Positions 38,040-50,166 of a stretch of 64,000 bases of DNA are shown in pieces. Origin of the DNA: an uncultured Chloroflexia bacterium. Its GTDB lineage: Bacteria > Chloroflexota > Limnocylindria > Limnocylindrales > CSP1-4. Position 1 is the first letter of the stretch. The number at the start of each line of letters is the position of its first letter. The stretch covers positions 96,001 to 160,000 of the forward strand of contig CAVTHS010000006.1 in assembly GCA_963734535.1 (NCBI GenBank). Direction: 5' to 3'. The notes under the pieces are model-generated. The model saw only the letters and a list, made by a program, of their open reading frames with translations, did no database searches and was not told where the DNA came from. Position numbers and translations under genes: made by a program.

Positions 38040-39129
38040 GGATCAGCGGGCGCGAGGGCGGGCCGTCTCTTCCCGAGCGACCTCGACGAAGTCGTCCGGC
38101 AGGACCAGACCCTGTTCGAGGGACTGCGAGGAGCGCGCGCTCTTCATGACCGGTGGCACCGGGTTCGTCGGCCGCTGGATGCTCGAGAGCCTCCTCTGGG
38201 CCGACGCACGCCTTGGCCTCGATGTGCAGGGTGGTAGTTGCTGACTCGAGACCCCGAGGCATTCCGACGACGATTCCCGCATCTGGCTACCGCCCGCCGG
38301 AGTCGAGCTGCTGCCGCGGCGACGTTCGCACCTTTGACTTCCCGGACGGCAGGTTCGACCGGGTCATACACCTGGCCGCGGAGACGAACACACAGCTTCG
38401 CGACCCCGATCCCGAAGAGTATTTCGACGTCATTGTCGGTGGGACCCGACGAGTGCTCGATTTCGCCGGCCATTCAGGAGCTCGCTCGTTCATGCTCGTG
38501 AGTTCCGGTGCCGTGTACGGTCGCCAACCGGAATCGGTGGAGCGTTTGAAGGAGGACGATCCATACGGACCGCTGCCAACCCGTCGGGGTTCAGCCTACG
38601 GAGAGACGAAGCGGTGTGCTGAGATGCTCGCTTATGCTCGTGCCGAACGGGGCGGCCTCCACGGCAACCGTCGCCCGCTGCTTCGCGTTCGTCGGTCCGT
38701 ACCTGCCTCTCGACTCGGGCTTTGCGGTCGGCAACTTCATACGGGATGCGCTAGCCGGTGCAGAGATCGTCGTTAACGGAGACGGGACGCCTCGGCGCAC
38801 GCTCATGTATGCCGGCGACATGGCCACCTGGCTGTGGTCGGTCGCGCTCGCAGGCCGCAGTGGGCGGCCATACAACGTCGGCTCTGACGAAGTGGTGACG
38901 ATCGCCGACCTTGCTCGCCTCGTTGCGGCCTCAACCGGGGGAAGTGTCCCGGTGCGAGATCGTCGGCGACGAGAGCCAAGTGGGAGTGGGCGCCTCCTAC
39001 ATTCCTGACGTGACGCGCGCAACCACCGAGCTGGGCCTCGGTGTGACTGTCAGTCTCGCGGACGCTCTGAAACGGACGCTCGACTGGCACCGGCAGGCAG
39101 TCAGCTCCCACCTAAGTGAGGGACTCTGA
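38036..39129 (+). CDS. NAD-dependent epimerase/dehydratase/reductase (extended SDR), several frameshifts
   Basis: TGGTGFVGRW, HLAAET, VSSGAVYG, YGETK, RCFAFVGP, YNVGSDE spread over successive frames. Confidence 0.8.
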
Positions 39130-40963
39130 GTGAACGTCGCGGATATGGTCGTCGAGTTCCTGGCCCAGCGTGGCGTGCGCGACGTATTCATGGTGAGTGG
39201 CGGGGGGATCATGTACCTCACCGACGCTCTGGGCCGAGCCGGGTCACCTCGCTACTGGTGCAACTACCACGAGCAGGCCTGCGCCATCGCGGCCGAGGGC
39301 TACGCGCGCATCCTTGGGACGCCCGGTGTCTGCCTCGTGACGTCCGGCCCAGGGGCCACCAACGCATTGTCCGGAATCGCGGGTGCATGGGTGGACTCGA
39401 TCCCCGTGATCGTCATCTCCGGCCAGGTTCGGCGCGACCTGATCGCGGACTACTCGCGCTGGCGCCAGCTTGGTCCGCAGGAGATCGACATCGTCGACAT
39501 GGCCAGGCCGGTGACGAAGCTCGCGCTCGAGATCGGCTGCTCCTGAAGAGGTTCCGGACGCTCTCGAGGCTGCGTGGCACGCCGCGACCAGTGGCCGACC
39601 CGGACCCGTGTGGCTGAGCATCCCGCTGGACGTCCAGGGCGCCGAGTCACGTGGCCGAGCGCATGTCAACGCGTCCGACGGCCGGCATCGAGCGCGAGTC
39701 GGGATCACCGCCTCCTCACGCGACGTGGTGTCGGCGCGATGTGCTCGACCGGTTGCGAGCGGCCGAGCCGTCCGTTGATCGTCTGCGGCAACGGCATCCA
39801 TCTCGCCGGGGCAGAGGCGCAGTTCGACGCATTCGTGCGGCGGCTGGGTGTCCCGGTCGTCGCCACCATCGGCGCCATGGACCTGCTCGGTGAGGACCAC
39901 CCGTACTTCGTCGGACGCTTCGGGCCCACCGGCCAGCGTCGGGCGAACTTCGCGCTGCAGAACGCCGACCTGCTGCTCTGTCTGGCGACGGGCATGTCGG
40001 TCGCCGCCGTCGGCTTCGACAGCGCAGGGTTTGCGCCGGGCGCCGCCAAGATCATGGTCAACATCGATGCGAACGAGATGACCCGGCCCCATCTGCGTCT
40101 CGATCTCGCGTTGGCGATGGACGTGCGGGACTTCATGCGAGCGCTGGAGGCGGCGCTGTCTCCCGGCGAGTCGCTTCGAGCGCGACCCGCTGGATCTCGG
40201 CGTGCCGCGACTGGAAGGCCCGCTATCCGCTCGTGACCCGCGAGTACGTCGAGGATCGCGAGCACGTCAACAGCTACTACCTCGCGCACGCGCTCTCGCA
40301 GGTCCTCTCCGCCGATGACGTCGTCCTCACCGGCAACTCGCTCGACGCACACTCGGTGTTCCACTCCTTCGCGGTGAAGCGGGGCCAGCGGTTGGTGACC
40401 AACGTGAACTACGGTGCGATGGGCTGGGATCTGCCGGCGCTGGTCGGCGCCTGTGTCGCGCGCAGAGGGCGCCGGGTCGTTCTGGTGACCGGAGACGGCA
40501 GCATCCAGTTCAACTCCAGGAGCTGCTCACCATCGGCGCGGGTCGGCTCAATGCCCTGATCTTCGTGCTCAACAACGGTGGCGTACCAGTCGATCCGCAG
40601 CACACAGGAACGGTTCTGCGAGGGGCGATTTGTCGGCTGCGACGAATCATCGGGAGTCTTCCAATCCATCATTCGCGGCACTCGCGGAGGCCTACGGCCT
40701 GCGGTACTACCGGCTCGAGAACAACGAGCAGGTTGATGCTCGACTCGCAGAAGTGATTGGCCGCGACCGGGCCGACGATCTGCGAGGTCAACGTCGCCTA
40801 CGGGCAGGAGCGCATCCCCCGGGTCGTCGCGAGGAGGCTCGAGGATGGGACGCTGGTGTCCGGCGCCCTGCACGACCAGTACCCGTTCCTTCCCCAATCG
40901 GAGATCGAGGTCAACATGAGCGTGTCCGCCTCGCACGACGACGTAGCCGACCAAGGAGCCTGA
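39130..40963 (+). CDS. Thiamine-diphosphate-dependent enzyme (acetolactate-synthase family, YerE-like), several frameshifts
   Basis: HEQACAIAAEGYAR, TSGPGATN, SGQV, QEIDI, GAMGWDLPA, GDGS..NN, SGALHDQYPFL. Confidence 0.82.
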
Positions 40964-41037
40964 AGTTGTCTGAGTCCACCATCGGCCATGTCGCGGCCCG
41001 CGGGATCGGCCAAGCCGAACCAGGAGGTCTGGCACCC

Positions 41038-42043
41038 ATGCTGAACCAGGCCAGAGTGCTTGTGACAGGTGGCACTGGGTCGTTCGGGCAGGCCTTCGTG
41101 CAGCATGTCCTCGCCAACTACGAGGTCGGCGAGATCGTCGTGTTCAGCCGCGACGAGTTCAAGCAGCACGAGATGGCGCAACGGTGGCCGGTGGACTCGC
41201 ACCCGATCCGCTACTTCCTGGGCGACATCCGTGACAAGGAACGTCTGCTGCGGGCGTTCAATGGCATCGACTACGTCGTGCACGCGGCTGCACTCAAGCA
41301 GGTCCCGGCCCTCGAGGAGAACCCGATCGAGGCAGTACGGACCAACATCGTCGGGGCTCAGAACATCGTCGAGGCGGCACTTGAGCGGGGCGTTCGGCGT
41401 GTCGTGGCCATCTCGACCGACAAGGCCGTGAACCCCGTCAATCTCTATGGCGCCACGAAGCTGGTCATGGAGAAGCTGATGCTCGCGGCGAACACATACG
41501 TCCGATATCGCGACGTTCGGTTCTCAGCCGTGCGCTACGGCAACGTGGTTGGCAGTCGCGGCAGCGTCATCCTTCTCTACGCCAATCTGATCGCGCAAGG
41601 TGTGCGGGTTCTGCCGGTCACGGACTCGACCATGACCCGTTTCTGGATCACCCTCGAGCGGGGCGTCTCGCTGGTCCTGAAAGCGCTCGACGAGGCGCAG
41701 GGCGGCGAGGTCTTCGTGCCCAAGATCCCCAGCATGAGCGTGGGCGACTTGCTCGCGGCGATGCCGGTGGAGTGCTCTCCGCGGGTCATCGGCAGAAGGC
41801 CGGGCGAGAAGCTGCATGAGCTGCTGATCGGTGAGAACGAAGGCGTGCGCACTCTCGACTGCGGTGACTTCTTCGTTGTGCATGCCGGATTCCCCGAACT
41901 ACCGACCCGGACCCTGGGCCGAAGACGCCCGTCCCGTGCCGCCTGGATTCAGCTACGCGAGCGACACCAACACCGACTGGGTGACTGTGGAGGAGATGCG
42001 CCAGCTGGTGGCGTCGATGAGCGGCGCATCCGGGGTCACCTAG
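41038..42043 (+). CDS. pseB: UDP-N-acetylglucosamine 4,6-dehydratase (inverting), frameshift near the C-terminus
   Basis: VTGGTGSFG, FSRDEFKQ, HAAALKQVP, STDKAVNPVNLYGATK, RYGNVVGSRGS, MTRFW, RPGEKLHE; AGGAGG RBS. Confidence 0.9.
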
Positions 42044-42428
42044 AGAAGCGCACCTCAACGCGCAGGTTGTTCCCCATCCCGATCATTCTGTCGATCGGAA
42101 CCACCCGCAGCAGCTTCAGCGCAACGCTGAGCGCATGGCCAGTTGGGATGCAGTCCACGTCCTCGCCTGAGGTCTCACTCACTAGGCGCAACCACCTTGC
42201 CTCGCCGCAGCGCCGACGATCTTTCCAGCGATAGCGGCGTCCTTCCAGTCGAACGGGAGACGGCTCCCCCAACCGTACACCCGGCCGATGTCTCGCACGG
42301 CCACCATCGTGGCAGCCTAACGCCTCGCCAAACCTCCAACGAACCGCGCTGGAGGAGTTCAGAGGACGCAACCCGAATAGATCAGCCTCGTGGTGAGTGA
42401 CCCGGCAAACAGGAGGTCGCCATGCCAC
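42036..42428 (-). CDS. Hypothetical protein, probably frameshifted
   Basis: The C-terminal stretch VDCIPTGHALSVALKLLRVVPIDRMIGMGNNLRVEVRFSR looks protein-like; no recognisable family. Confidence 0.3.
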   Translation of the reverse strand: MAWRPPVCRVTHHEADLFGLRPLNSSSAVRWRFGEALGCHDGGRARHRPGVRLGEPSPVRLEGRRYRWKDRRRCGEARWLRLVSETSGEDVDCIPTGHALSVALKLLRVVPIDRMIGMGNNLRVEVRFSR

Positions 42429-42449
42429 TTGGGCCTCAGGTGCCCGAGT

Positions 42450-43514
42450 TCAGGAGTCGGCGATCGGCGGGATGACATCGTCCTGTCGAATTCCTCTCCC
42501 GCCACGATGTTTCGCGCCGCGTGACGTCCCCGCAACGCGTCGAGGTGGCGCGGGTGCATGCCCACGGAACGCTTGCCTGGTCGGAGGACATCGAAGTTGT
42601 CGCCCTCGACCAGAGGATCGCCGGGCGCGAGGTCCCGAGTTGCCTGGATCATGCGAACGGCGAAGCGTTTCAGTTCCGTTTCGTGAGATCCGACGGCCTT
42701 CATGCCATCGCCGCGTGCCTGTTCGGCGTGCCGGATCGACCTGACCATTGCCGTGAGCTCCTCCGGCTCGACGGCAAAGGGATGGTCCGGACCGGGCAGC
42801 CGGTTGTCCAAGGTGAAGTGCTTCTCGACGACGGTCGCGCCGAGAGCGACAGCGGCGACCGGTCCCACAATCGGATTGCGGCTGTTGATCTGAAAACCCG
42901 ACTGGCACCCCGAACCGTTGGCTGAGATAGGGGATTAACCGTCAGGTTCAAGCTGTCGGGTGGGGCAGGGCGTCCTCGAGGTGCACTGGAGCAGCGTGAT
43001 GTCGCGTGCGCCCCGCCTCCCGCACGGTTCTCAGGCAGAACTCGATGTCGTCCTCAGCGGCAGCCCCCGTGCGAGATGATGAGTGGCTTGCCGGTCGCGG
43101 CGAGCCACTGCAGCAGGCGGACGTGGTTGATCTCGTAGCTGGCCACCTTGTGTCGTCGCACGTCGATCGACGGCCTCTGCATCTGCGACGGAGAATGGCG
43201 TCGACATGAATCGATCCCCCAGTTGCTCACAGTGGGCGGCGATCTCGCCGACCAGGTCATACGGCATCTCGAGATCCGTGAAGATCTCGTTGATCGACCG
43301 ATGGATGCCCAGATCGGCGAGGTAATCGCTGGCGCCGGCGTCGACCACGTAGGTGTCACGCGCTCGGTAGGTCTGGAACTTGACGGCGTCGGCACCAGCC
43401 TCGACCGCGACCTGAACGAGTGCACGTGCCATCTGTCGGTCGCGATCCGGCGTGCCCATCCGCCAGTTGCTACCAGGCCTCGGCAATGACGAATACGTGC
43501 TGGGCGCCGTTCAT
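42450..43514 (-). CDS. pseI: Nonulosonic acid synthase (PseI/NeuB family) with a C-terminal SAF domain, several frameshifts
   Basis: VFVIAEA.SNW, AGADAVKFQTY, FMSTPF, KVASYE, GFSD, GATVVEKHFTL..PGPDH, LRPG; AFP/SAF tail. Confidence 0.85.
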
Positions 43515-45030
43515 CCAGGGCCACCCCTTCCGATTGACCTGTCGCGCCCTCGAACGCGGACGCTTGGTACAGGAGCACTCCTCTTCGTTCGCCGACCAGC
43601 CGGAACCCGGCGCCCTCGAACAGCCGCCGCGATGGTTCGTTGTCGATCCTGACTTGGGCGAGCAGACGCGCCTCGGACGTTTGGCGACGGAATCGGCGCA
43701 GCGCCGTTTCAAGGAGGAGCCCGCCAACGGTCCCTCGGTGCTCGGGCGCGACCGAAATCGACACTTCTGCATCGGCCTCGCGACGGTCGAACCGAACCTG
43801 CCCCAGCGCCCCAACGCCGTTCCATCCGATCAACAACAGGCACGACCGGTCGGCCAGTCGAGCTCGTAGCCAGCGTACATGTTCACCGTACGGGATCGGC
43901 GCGCGGTTGAGTGACGCGGCGCGAGTGTCCGGGTCGTTCGCCCAGCGCGCCACAGAAGTCGGGCATCCGCCATCGTTGCGCGGCGAACTCGAACTCCATC
44001 AAGATGATGCGCAACTCGTTCGACTCCTCTGCCGTCGACAAGGTCCCAAGCCACGTCGCTCATCTCCTGACGTCGGGATCGATCGTCTGCCAACCGATCG
44101 GATCAGCACCGCAAGGGCGGCGCGTCGAGTTGTTCCAGCGGGCCGGCGTCCGCCGCGGCTCCGGCCGCATGCAGGCGGCTGGCGATCGTGTCCTGGTTTG
44201 GGGCGAGGCGAGACGATCACCGTCGGCAAGCCGAGAGAACATCGCTCCCAGGACGTTGTGCCACCCGCGCCAATCGCGAGGTCGGCGTCAAGATCAGTCT
44301 GGCCGTGGTTCCTCACCGATGGCGTGATGGACACGAACGCCCGGGCCGTCGACGAGCCTGCCCTGGTAGAGCGGACCGAGGACGACGTCGATCCGCGCAT
44401 TCGGGAGCGCCACTCGCAGCGAGCGGTGACGGCGAGTGTTGTGGCGTCGGCGGGATCACTGCCACCCATTGCGACAAGGACGTTATCGATCGCGCCGGCG
44501 GGCGTCGGCCGGTGAGCGAGTGATCCGGAATGACGGACGCAGGAGGACAAAGCGCGCGCCGAGCAGCATGCGAGTGTTCGGGCTACGAGGCCCCCGTAGT
44601 CGTCGGGCGCCACTCGAGGTTCGGGTTGAGAGGAGTTCGCACGGGAGCCGTCGGTCTGCGAGGTCGTCGATGACAAGTCGTCGCGTCGCGAGATGACGAG
44701 CCTCGGTCAGCCACGCCTGAGCCAAGACCGTAGTGGTCCATGACGAGCGCAGCAAAAGGTCGGCGTCTGGGTGTGCGCGGCATCGCGGTCGTGATGGCCG
44801 CAGCCTCGGAGGAAGTCGGGCCGTTAGGCCGAATCAGCGGATGTCCACTGGCCTCGATCTGGTCCGCGGACTCGCCGGTCACCGAACGGTCGCGAACCAC
44901 GACTCGATGCCGCCTGCCGCTCTTCGAGCTCCGCCGAGAGCGCAAGGCAACGCACGAGGTGGCCCGAACCGATCGAGCTTGATGCGTCAACCCGAGCAGC
45001 GCCCCTGGATGGCCTCGGACGATTGATCGA
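43470..45030 (-). CDS. pseG: PseG-like UDP-sugar hydrolase with a C-terminal GNAT (PseH-like) domain, many frameshifts; ends approximate
   Basis: RVDASSSIGSGHLVRCLAL, DHYGL, IDDLADR, VAMGGSDP, AGGTTSWERC.LGLP, VDGRGVERV, then WANDP..HVRW..GQVRFD..NEPSRRLFEGAGF. Confidence 0.78.
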
Positions 45031-45035
45031 CGGCG

Positions 45036-46192
45036 CTACGCCAGCACCTCCCGCGCGACGGCCGTGACGGCGTCGATGACTCGTGCGACATCACCATCGG
45101 TGAGCCCGGGGAAGATCGGGAGCGACATCGCGCGCGCAGTAGAAGCGCTTCGGCCAGCGGGCATAGACCCTGCCGGGTACCCAGATCCTGGTAGTACGGG
45201 TGGCGATAGACGGGCAGGTAGTGCACCTGCACTCCGATTCCGCGACGCCGTAGAGCCTCAAAGAACGGCCTGCGCCGCGGAGGTTCCGAGACCCGAACCA
45301 CGTAGAGGTGCCACGCTGACTCTGCGCCCTCGCGGCGTCCCGGCAGTTCTAGCCCGGAGATCGACGAGAGGTCCGTTGTCGTACCGTGTCCGCGATGGCT
45401 CGGCGGCGGGCGAGGAAGCGCGGCAGCTTCCTCAGCTGGCTGCGGCCCAAGGCGCATTGGATGTCGCGTCATCCGGTAGTTGAAGCCGAGGCTCCTGCAT
45501 CTCCATGTACCACGGCCCGTCGTCGCGGGTCAGGCGAGACCGCTCGACGGACCATGCCGTGTGAACGGAATTCCGTGACACGAGCATGAACGTCGGCGTC
45601 GTCGGTCAGAACTGCCCCACCCTCGCCCGTCGTGATCAGCTTGACGGGGTGGAACGACAGTGCCGTGACGTCGGCGAGCGTGCCGACCGGCCCGGCCCGG
45701 CATCGGTGGCTCCGAGTGAATGCGCGGCATCGGCTACGACCGGCACGTTGTGCCGCTCGGCGATCCGGTGCAGAGCGTCGTAGTCGGCAGGCTGCCCCGC
45801 GTAGTCGATCGCCACGATGGCGCGGGTGCGGCTGGTGATGGCGCTCTCGACCAATGCGGATCGATCAGGCCGGTCGAAGGGACGATGTCCACGAAGACCG
45901 GCCGCGCCCCGAGATACAGGGCAGCGTTGCCGGTCGCCGCAAACGTCAGGGGCGAGGTGACGATCTCATCCCCGGGACCGACCCCGATCGCTGCGTAGGC
46001 GGCGTGCAATGCCGAGGTGCAGGAGTTCAGGACCGCGGCGTGAGATGCTCCACTCTCAGCGGCTAGATCGGCCTCGAATGCCGCGACCTCCGGTCCGGTC
46101 GTCAGGAAGTCTGACGCCAAGACCCGGATCACGGCCTCGATGTCGTCCGCGTCGAGCGTCTGGTGTCCGTACGGCAGATAGGTGTCAGCCAT
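45036..46192 (-). CDS. pseC: DegT/DnrJ PLP-dependent sugar aminotransferase (PseC-like), several frameshifts
   Basis: LPYGHQ..FLTTGP, NSCTSALH, PLTFAAT, DAAHSLGA, SFHPVK.ITTGEGG, SAWHLY, VQVHYLPVY. Confidence 0.88.
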
Positions 46193-46328
46193 TGATGGGT
46201 AGCTCGACGAGGAACGCCGCCAGGAGACTGGAGGCGCGCGGCGAATGTGCCCTGACATTGGGGGCGACCACTTCCTCATCTCCCGAGGCCCGGCGAGACA
46301 TCTTCCGACCACACCGCAATACCCTCGA

Positions 46329-47341
46329 TCATCGTTTGGCGCTCACGAGGCGAGGTCGTGGGCGCTGGCCCCTGGGATTCGCAGGCTGTTCAGCGTCCAC
46401 ATCGAAGTTGATGCGCTCCTTCTCCACGACCAGCGGTCGACTTGTGGACCTGTGTGTGAATCGACGCCGATGTACTCGCCGAGCACCCCGATGAAGAAGA
46501 GCTGCACCGCTGCCGAAGAAGTAGACGCCGATGACCAGCGGTGCCGTGCCCGAGCTGGAACGTCGTTCCAGAACATGAGCTTGGCGATGAGGTAGACGAA
46601 GGCGACAAGCAGAGCCAGGACGAAGATGGCGAAGCCGGCCATCGTGGCGAGCCGCAGTGGAACCTTCGAGTGGTTGGTGATGCCCAGCATCGCCATGTCG
46701 TAGAGGCTGAAGAAGTTGTTCTTCGTCTTGCCGCTGACGCGGGCCGGCTGCACGTAGTCGATCTCGGCCCGCTCGTACCCGAAGTCGCTGACGAGCCCGC
46801 GGAAGTATGGGTACTGCTCGTCGGTGTCGCGGAACTGCTCGACGACCTCCCGGTCGTAGAGGCCGAAGCCCGGTGAAGTTCTGGACAAGCTCCACGTCCG
46901 ACGAGAGCCTGGTGACGAGCCAGTAATAGAGCTTCCGCGTGCGCGACATGAGCCAGCGATTCCGGGCTGCCCTGCTTCACGCCGATGACGACCTTGTAGC
47001 CCTCCTCCCACTTCGCGACGAACTGGGGGATCAGCTCCGGGGGGTCCTGCAGGTCGGCGACACAGCTCATGACCGCGTCCCCGCGTGCCTGGAGGAACGC
47101 GTGGTAGGGAGAGCGGACGTGGCCGAAGTTGCGCGTGTTGACGATGACCTTGACCCGCCTGTCCGCCGCACGCGAGCTCGCGCAGGATCTCGACGGTCCG
47201 GTCCTTCGACGCGTTGTCGATGAACAGGTGCTCGTAGTCGTAGCCCGGCAGGGTCTCCATCGCCGCCTTGACCTGCTGGTAGACCTCGCGGACGTTGTCT
47301 TCCTCGTTGAAGCACGGGGTGAGCATGGTCAGCAGAGGCAC
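46329..47341 (-). CDS. GT2 polyprenyl-phosphate glycosyltransferase (GtrB-like), frameshifts
   Basis: PCFNEE, IDNASKD, RNFGH, ADLQDPPELI, GFGLYDR, PYFRGL, two C-terminal TM helices, GVLGEYIG. Confidence 0.88.
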
Positions 47342-47372
47342 TCACGGGTCTCTTCGGCAGTCCGGGCACCGG

Positions 47373-47908
47373 TCAATCCTTCGGTTCGGCAGTGGGATCG
47401 TAGTCGAGCGCGTCGCGGAGTCTCCGCGAGACCTGCCGCCGAAGCTGAAGTACTTGTGGCTCAGGTAGCTGCAGACGATCACGACCACCGTCAAGGAGCG
47501 CCTGCACGACGTAGATGTTGAACGGCATCACCCGCAAGGCGATGGGCAGCGCACGAGGTTCACGAGGAGCGTCACGACGTAGACGAGCGAGAAACGAGGG
47601 AGCTCTCGGAGCACCGAACCCCGGCTCCGGAACACGACGTAGCGATACCCGAGGTAGGCGTTGAGGACGGCGATCGGCCAGGACAGCACGACGATGACCA
47701 GGTAGTGAAGGTGGTCGCCGAGCAGGTGTTGCAGGAGCGCCCACACGCCGTACCCGAAGACCGTGTTCCAGCCCCCGACCGCGAGGTAGAGCAGCTGCTC
47801 CCGGCGCCGGAAGTAGAACCTGACGGGTCGGCCAAGCACAGGATGATCGCGCAGCCCGTCGAGATGCCGCTCAAACCAATCTGATGTCGCGGGCGCCTCC
47901 GGCTGCAT
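47373..47908 (-). CDS. GtrA-family small flippase, frameshifted
   Basis: YLAVGGWNTVFGY, NAYLGYRYVVFRS..ELPRF, C-terminal SYLSHKYFSF. Confidence 0.8.
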
Positions 47909-47921
47909 GGGAGCCATGCTA
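47909..47921 (-). promoter_or_regulatory. -10 box, probable leaderless gtrA promoter
   Basis: TAGCAT (minus strand, 47916-47921) 7 nt before ATG 47908. Confidence 0.45.
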
Positions 47922-47968
47922 CCCCCCCTCGAGGCTCTCGCCGCTCATGGGAGGGGGCCTTGGGCGCC

Positions 47969-48014
47969 GGAGGGCGAGAACCTCCTCAGGAGACTGCAGG
48001 GGATTTTGCCCTCC
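47969..48014 (+). other. Long intergenic hairpin capped by a GNRA tetraloop
   Basis: GGAGGGCGAGAACCTC-CT-CAG-GAGA-CTG-CA-GGGGATTTTGCCCTCC pairs end to end with G:U pairs and small internal loops. Confidence 0.5.
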
Positions 48015-48163
48015 CAGGCAATCACGGACCCCACGTCAGGTCGCCCCCGCAATGGTCCCGAAGAGGCCCCATTCGGTTCCTGGCGCGACTGTGGTCATGT
48101 TGCTCGGATCGATCCCAAGCTCGGTCGGCGAGGTGGTCGCCAGTCCTGGGCCGTGCGGGCCAT

Positions 48164-50130
48164 TTAGAAGGCGGGGAGTAGATGCCGACAAGGGGGCGGC
48201 CGACACGTACAGGCGAGCCGATCCAGCTGCATTGAGACGGCTCCACTCGTCGCGACCATGAAGTCACGGATCTTCCCAAGCAGGGCGTATCCATTGTCCT
48301 CCCAGGCCGACCCGTACTTGAGGTAGTAGAAGTTGTCTTGTGGCGAAATGGAGTACGTGCGGCAGCCGTCGGCCGATGTGGAGGTAGGCGTGGTCGCCCG
48401 TATGGTCTCGACGGCCTTCGCAACCGTCATCATCGGCCCCACGGTGACGCCCGCTTGTCCAGTGAAGAACGGCGGCACGCCACCAACATCCCAGCCGGCT
48501 CAGAGCCGTCGATCACGACGCTGGCGTCCGCTGGTACCCCAGTGAACAGCCCCCTCTCCAAGGCCGCCCGACCATTGCTCGCGGGTACCACACGTTCGCG
48601 TTTCCGGTCTCCACCTGATGCCGTTGTTCGCGTGGTTCACGAAGCCACATATGCCATCCCCACCGCAAGAGCGAGCGTGATCACCGGGACGACGCGACCG
48701 CCCCGAACGCTCCGCGCCGCTTGCAGACGCTGAATAGCCCGTAGATGAGAGCAACCGGGACGAGCGCCACGCCGAGATTTACGCCGGTTCACGTCGCAGC
48801 GCGGCGACGATACCCACCGCAAGCGCGAGCGTGATCACCGTGGCCGACGCGACCGCGCCCGAACGCTCCGCGCTGGCCGCGAGCCTGGAACAACTCCGTA
48901 GATGAGAGCCACGAGGAGGAGGGCGACCCCGAAATAGGAGAGATAGACGGGCAGGTATCCGATGCCCCAGGACGTGTCGGCCTGGTACCTCGGAGACAAC
49001 GAGATCAGCAGCGTTGGGCAGGATCAGCAAGCCCGCACCCCAGCAGGCTGAGAAGGCCCGGCCGAAAGCCGTGCGAGCGTGCCAGGACCTCGCGCCAGAG
49101 CTGCCAGCCGAGCGCAATCGCCATCGCTCCGTATCCGGCGATGAGCACGAGACCGACGCACCGGTTGTGCCGCCAGGTCGGCGGAGAAGCTCGGGAAGAG
49201 CCTGCCGGGGACCCCAAGCTGCTGGAATCCCAGCGGCAGTGCTGCCGACACTTGGTGGGCGAGCGTCGCAAGGACGGCACTCCGGCGCGAGGTTGGGGAT
49301 GTACGCCCCGGCGACTAGAGCCCCCGGAGACCGCCTGGGCGTACTCTGCGGCCGATCCGGAGAGCGCGACCTTGAAGACGAGGCGGAGACCCACGTTCAG
49401 CGCCACCGCGGCTCCCGCGAGCGCCGCGAACGGCCACGAGATCCGTGCCGCATCGAGCGGGGTGCGCCGCTCCGGGTACAGCCAGGCCAGGACGGCGAAC
49501 AGGAGGAAGAAAGGGATCGTGATCTCGTACGTCAGCAGGCTGGCGGCGTAGATGGCCAGCGCTCCCCACGAGGTAGCGACGCTTGGCGGACTTCAGGTAG
49601 AGCAGCAGGAGCACCAGGGAGATCAGCGTGGAGGTGAGGACGACCTGGAGCAGGCCGGCGAAGGCCGCGATCGGGTCGTGGTATACGGCGATCCGAAACT
49701 GGAACAGCAGGGGCGTGATCAGGATCGCCAGGACTCCCAGCCGCCCGGGAGCTTGTGATCTGAGTGGTCAGGTAGCCCAGCAGGCCCAGGTCCACGAGGA
49801 TCAGCGCGAGCACGAAGAGCTTCAGAGCCAGCGCGTGTCCGTCAACGAAGTAGAACAGAACGCGGCTGTACGCCGACAGGGGGAAGAAGCGTCCGGACTG
49901 GGCCCACCCTCGGGACGGCGGCCAGGCTGAGGTGGATGAGGTCGCCAAGCCTAGTGCCTGGGCGTGCAGCACGGACCGGCGGAGCCCCAGAATTGGGCAG
50001 GTCATCGCCATGAACCCGCTCCCGAGCAGAGGGGAGAGCGAGATACCACGGCCAGCGCGAGCGCCGCGCCGCAGAGGAGGAGGTACCGCCCGTTGGCGAC
50101 GGAGGCTATCGCGCGATTCCTGCCCCCAGG
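48164..50130 (-). CDS. Polytopic membrane protein, GT-C/GtrII-like glycosyltransferase; many frameshifts, ends approximate
   Basis: GRFFPL, LFQFR..HDPI.AF, SLLTYEITIPF, many TM segments and a soluble C-terminus; adjacent to gtrA/gtrB. Confidence 0.55.
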
Positions 50131-50166
50131 TGCTCGGCCTTCGTGTCGCCGGTCGCCCGCCGACGC

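Noticed and set aside
39130-40963. ilvB for branched-chain amino acid synthesis
   Set aside because: No ilvN or ilvC nearby; the gene is embedded in a nucleotide-sugar operon.
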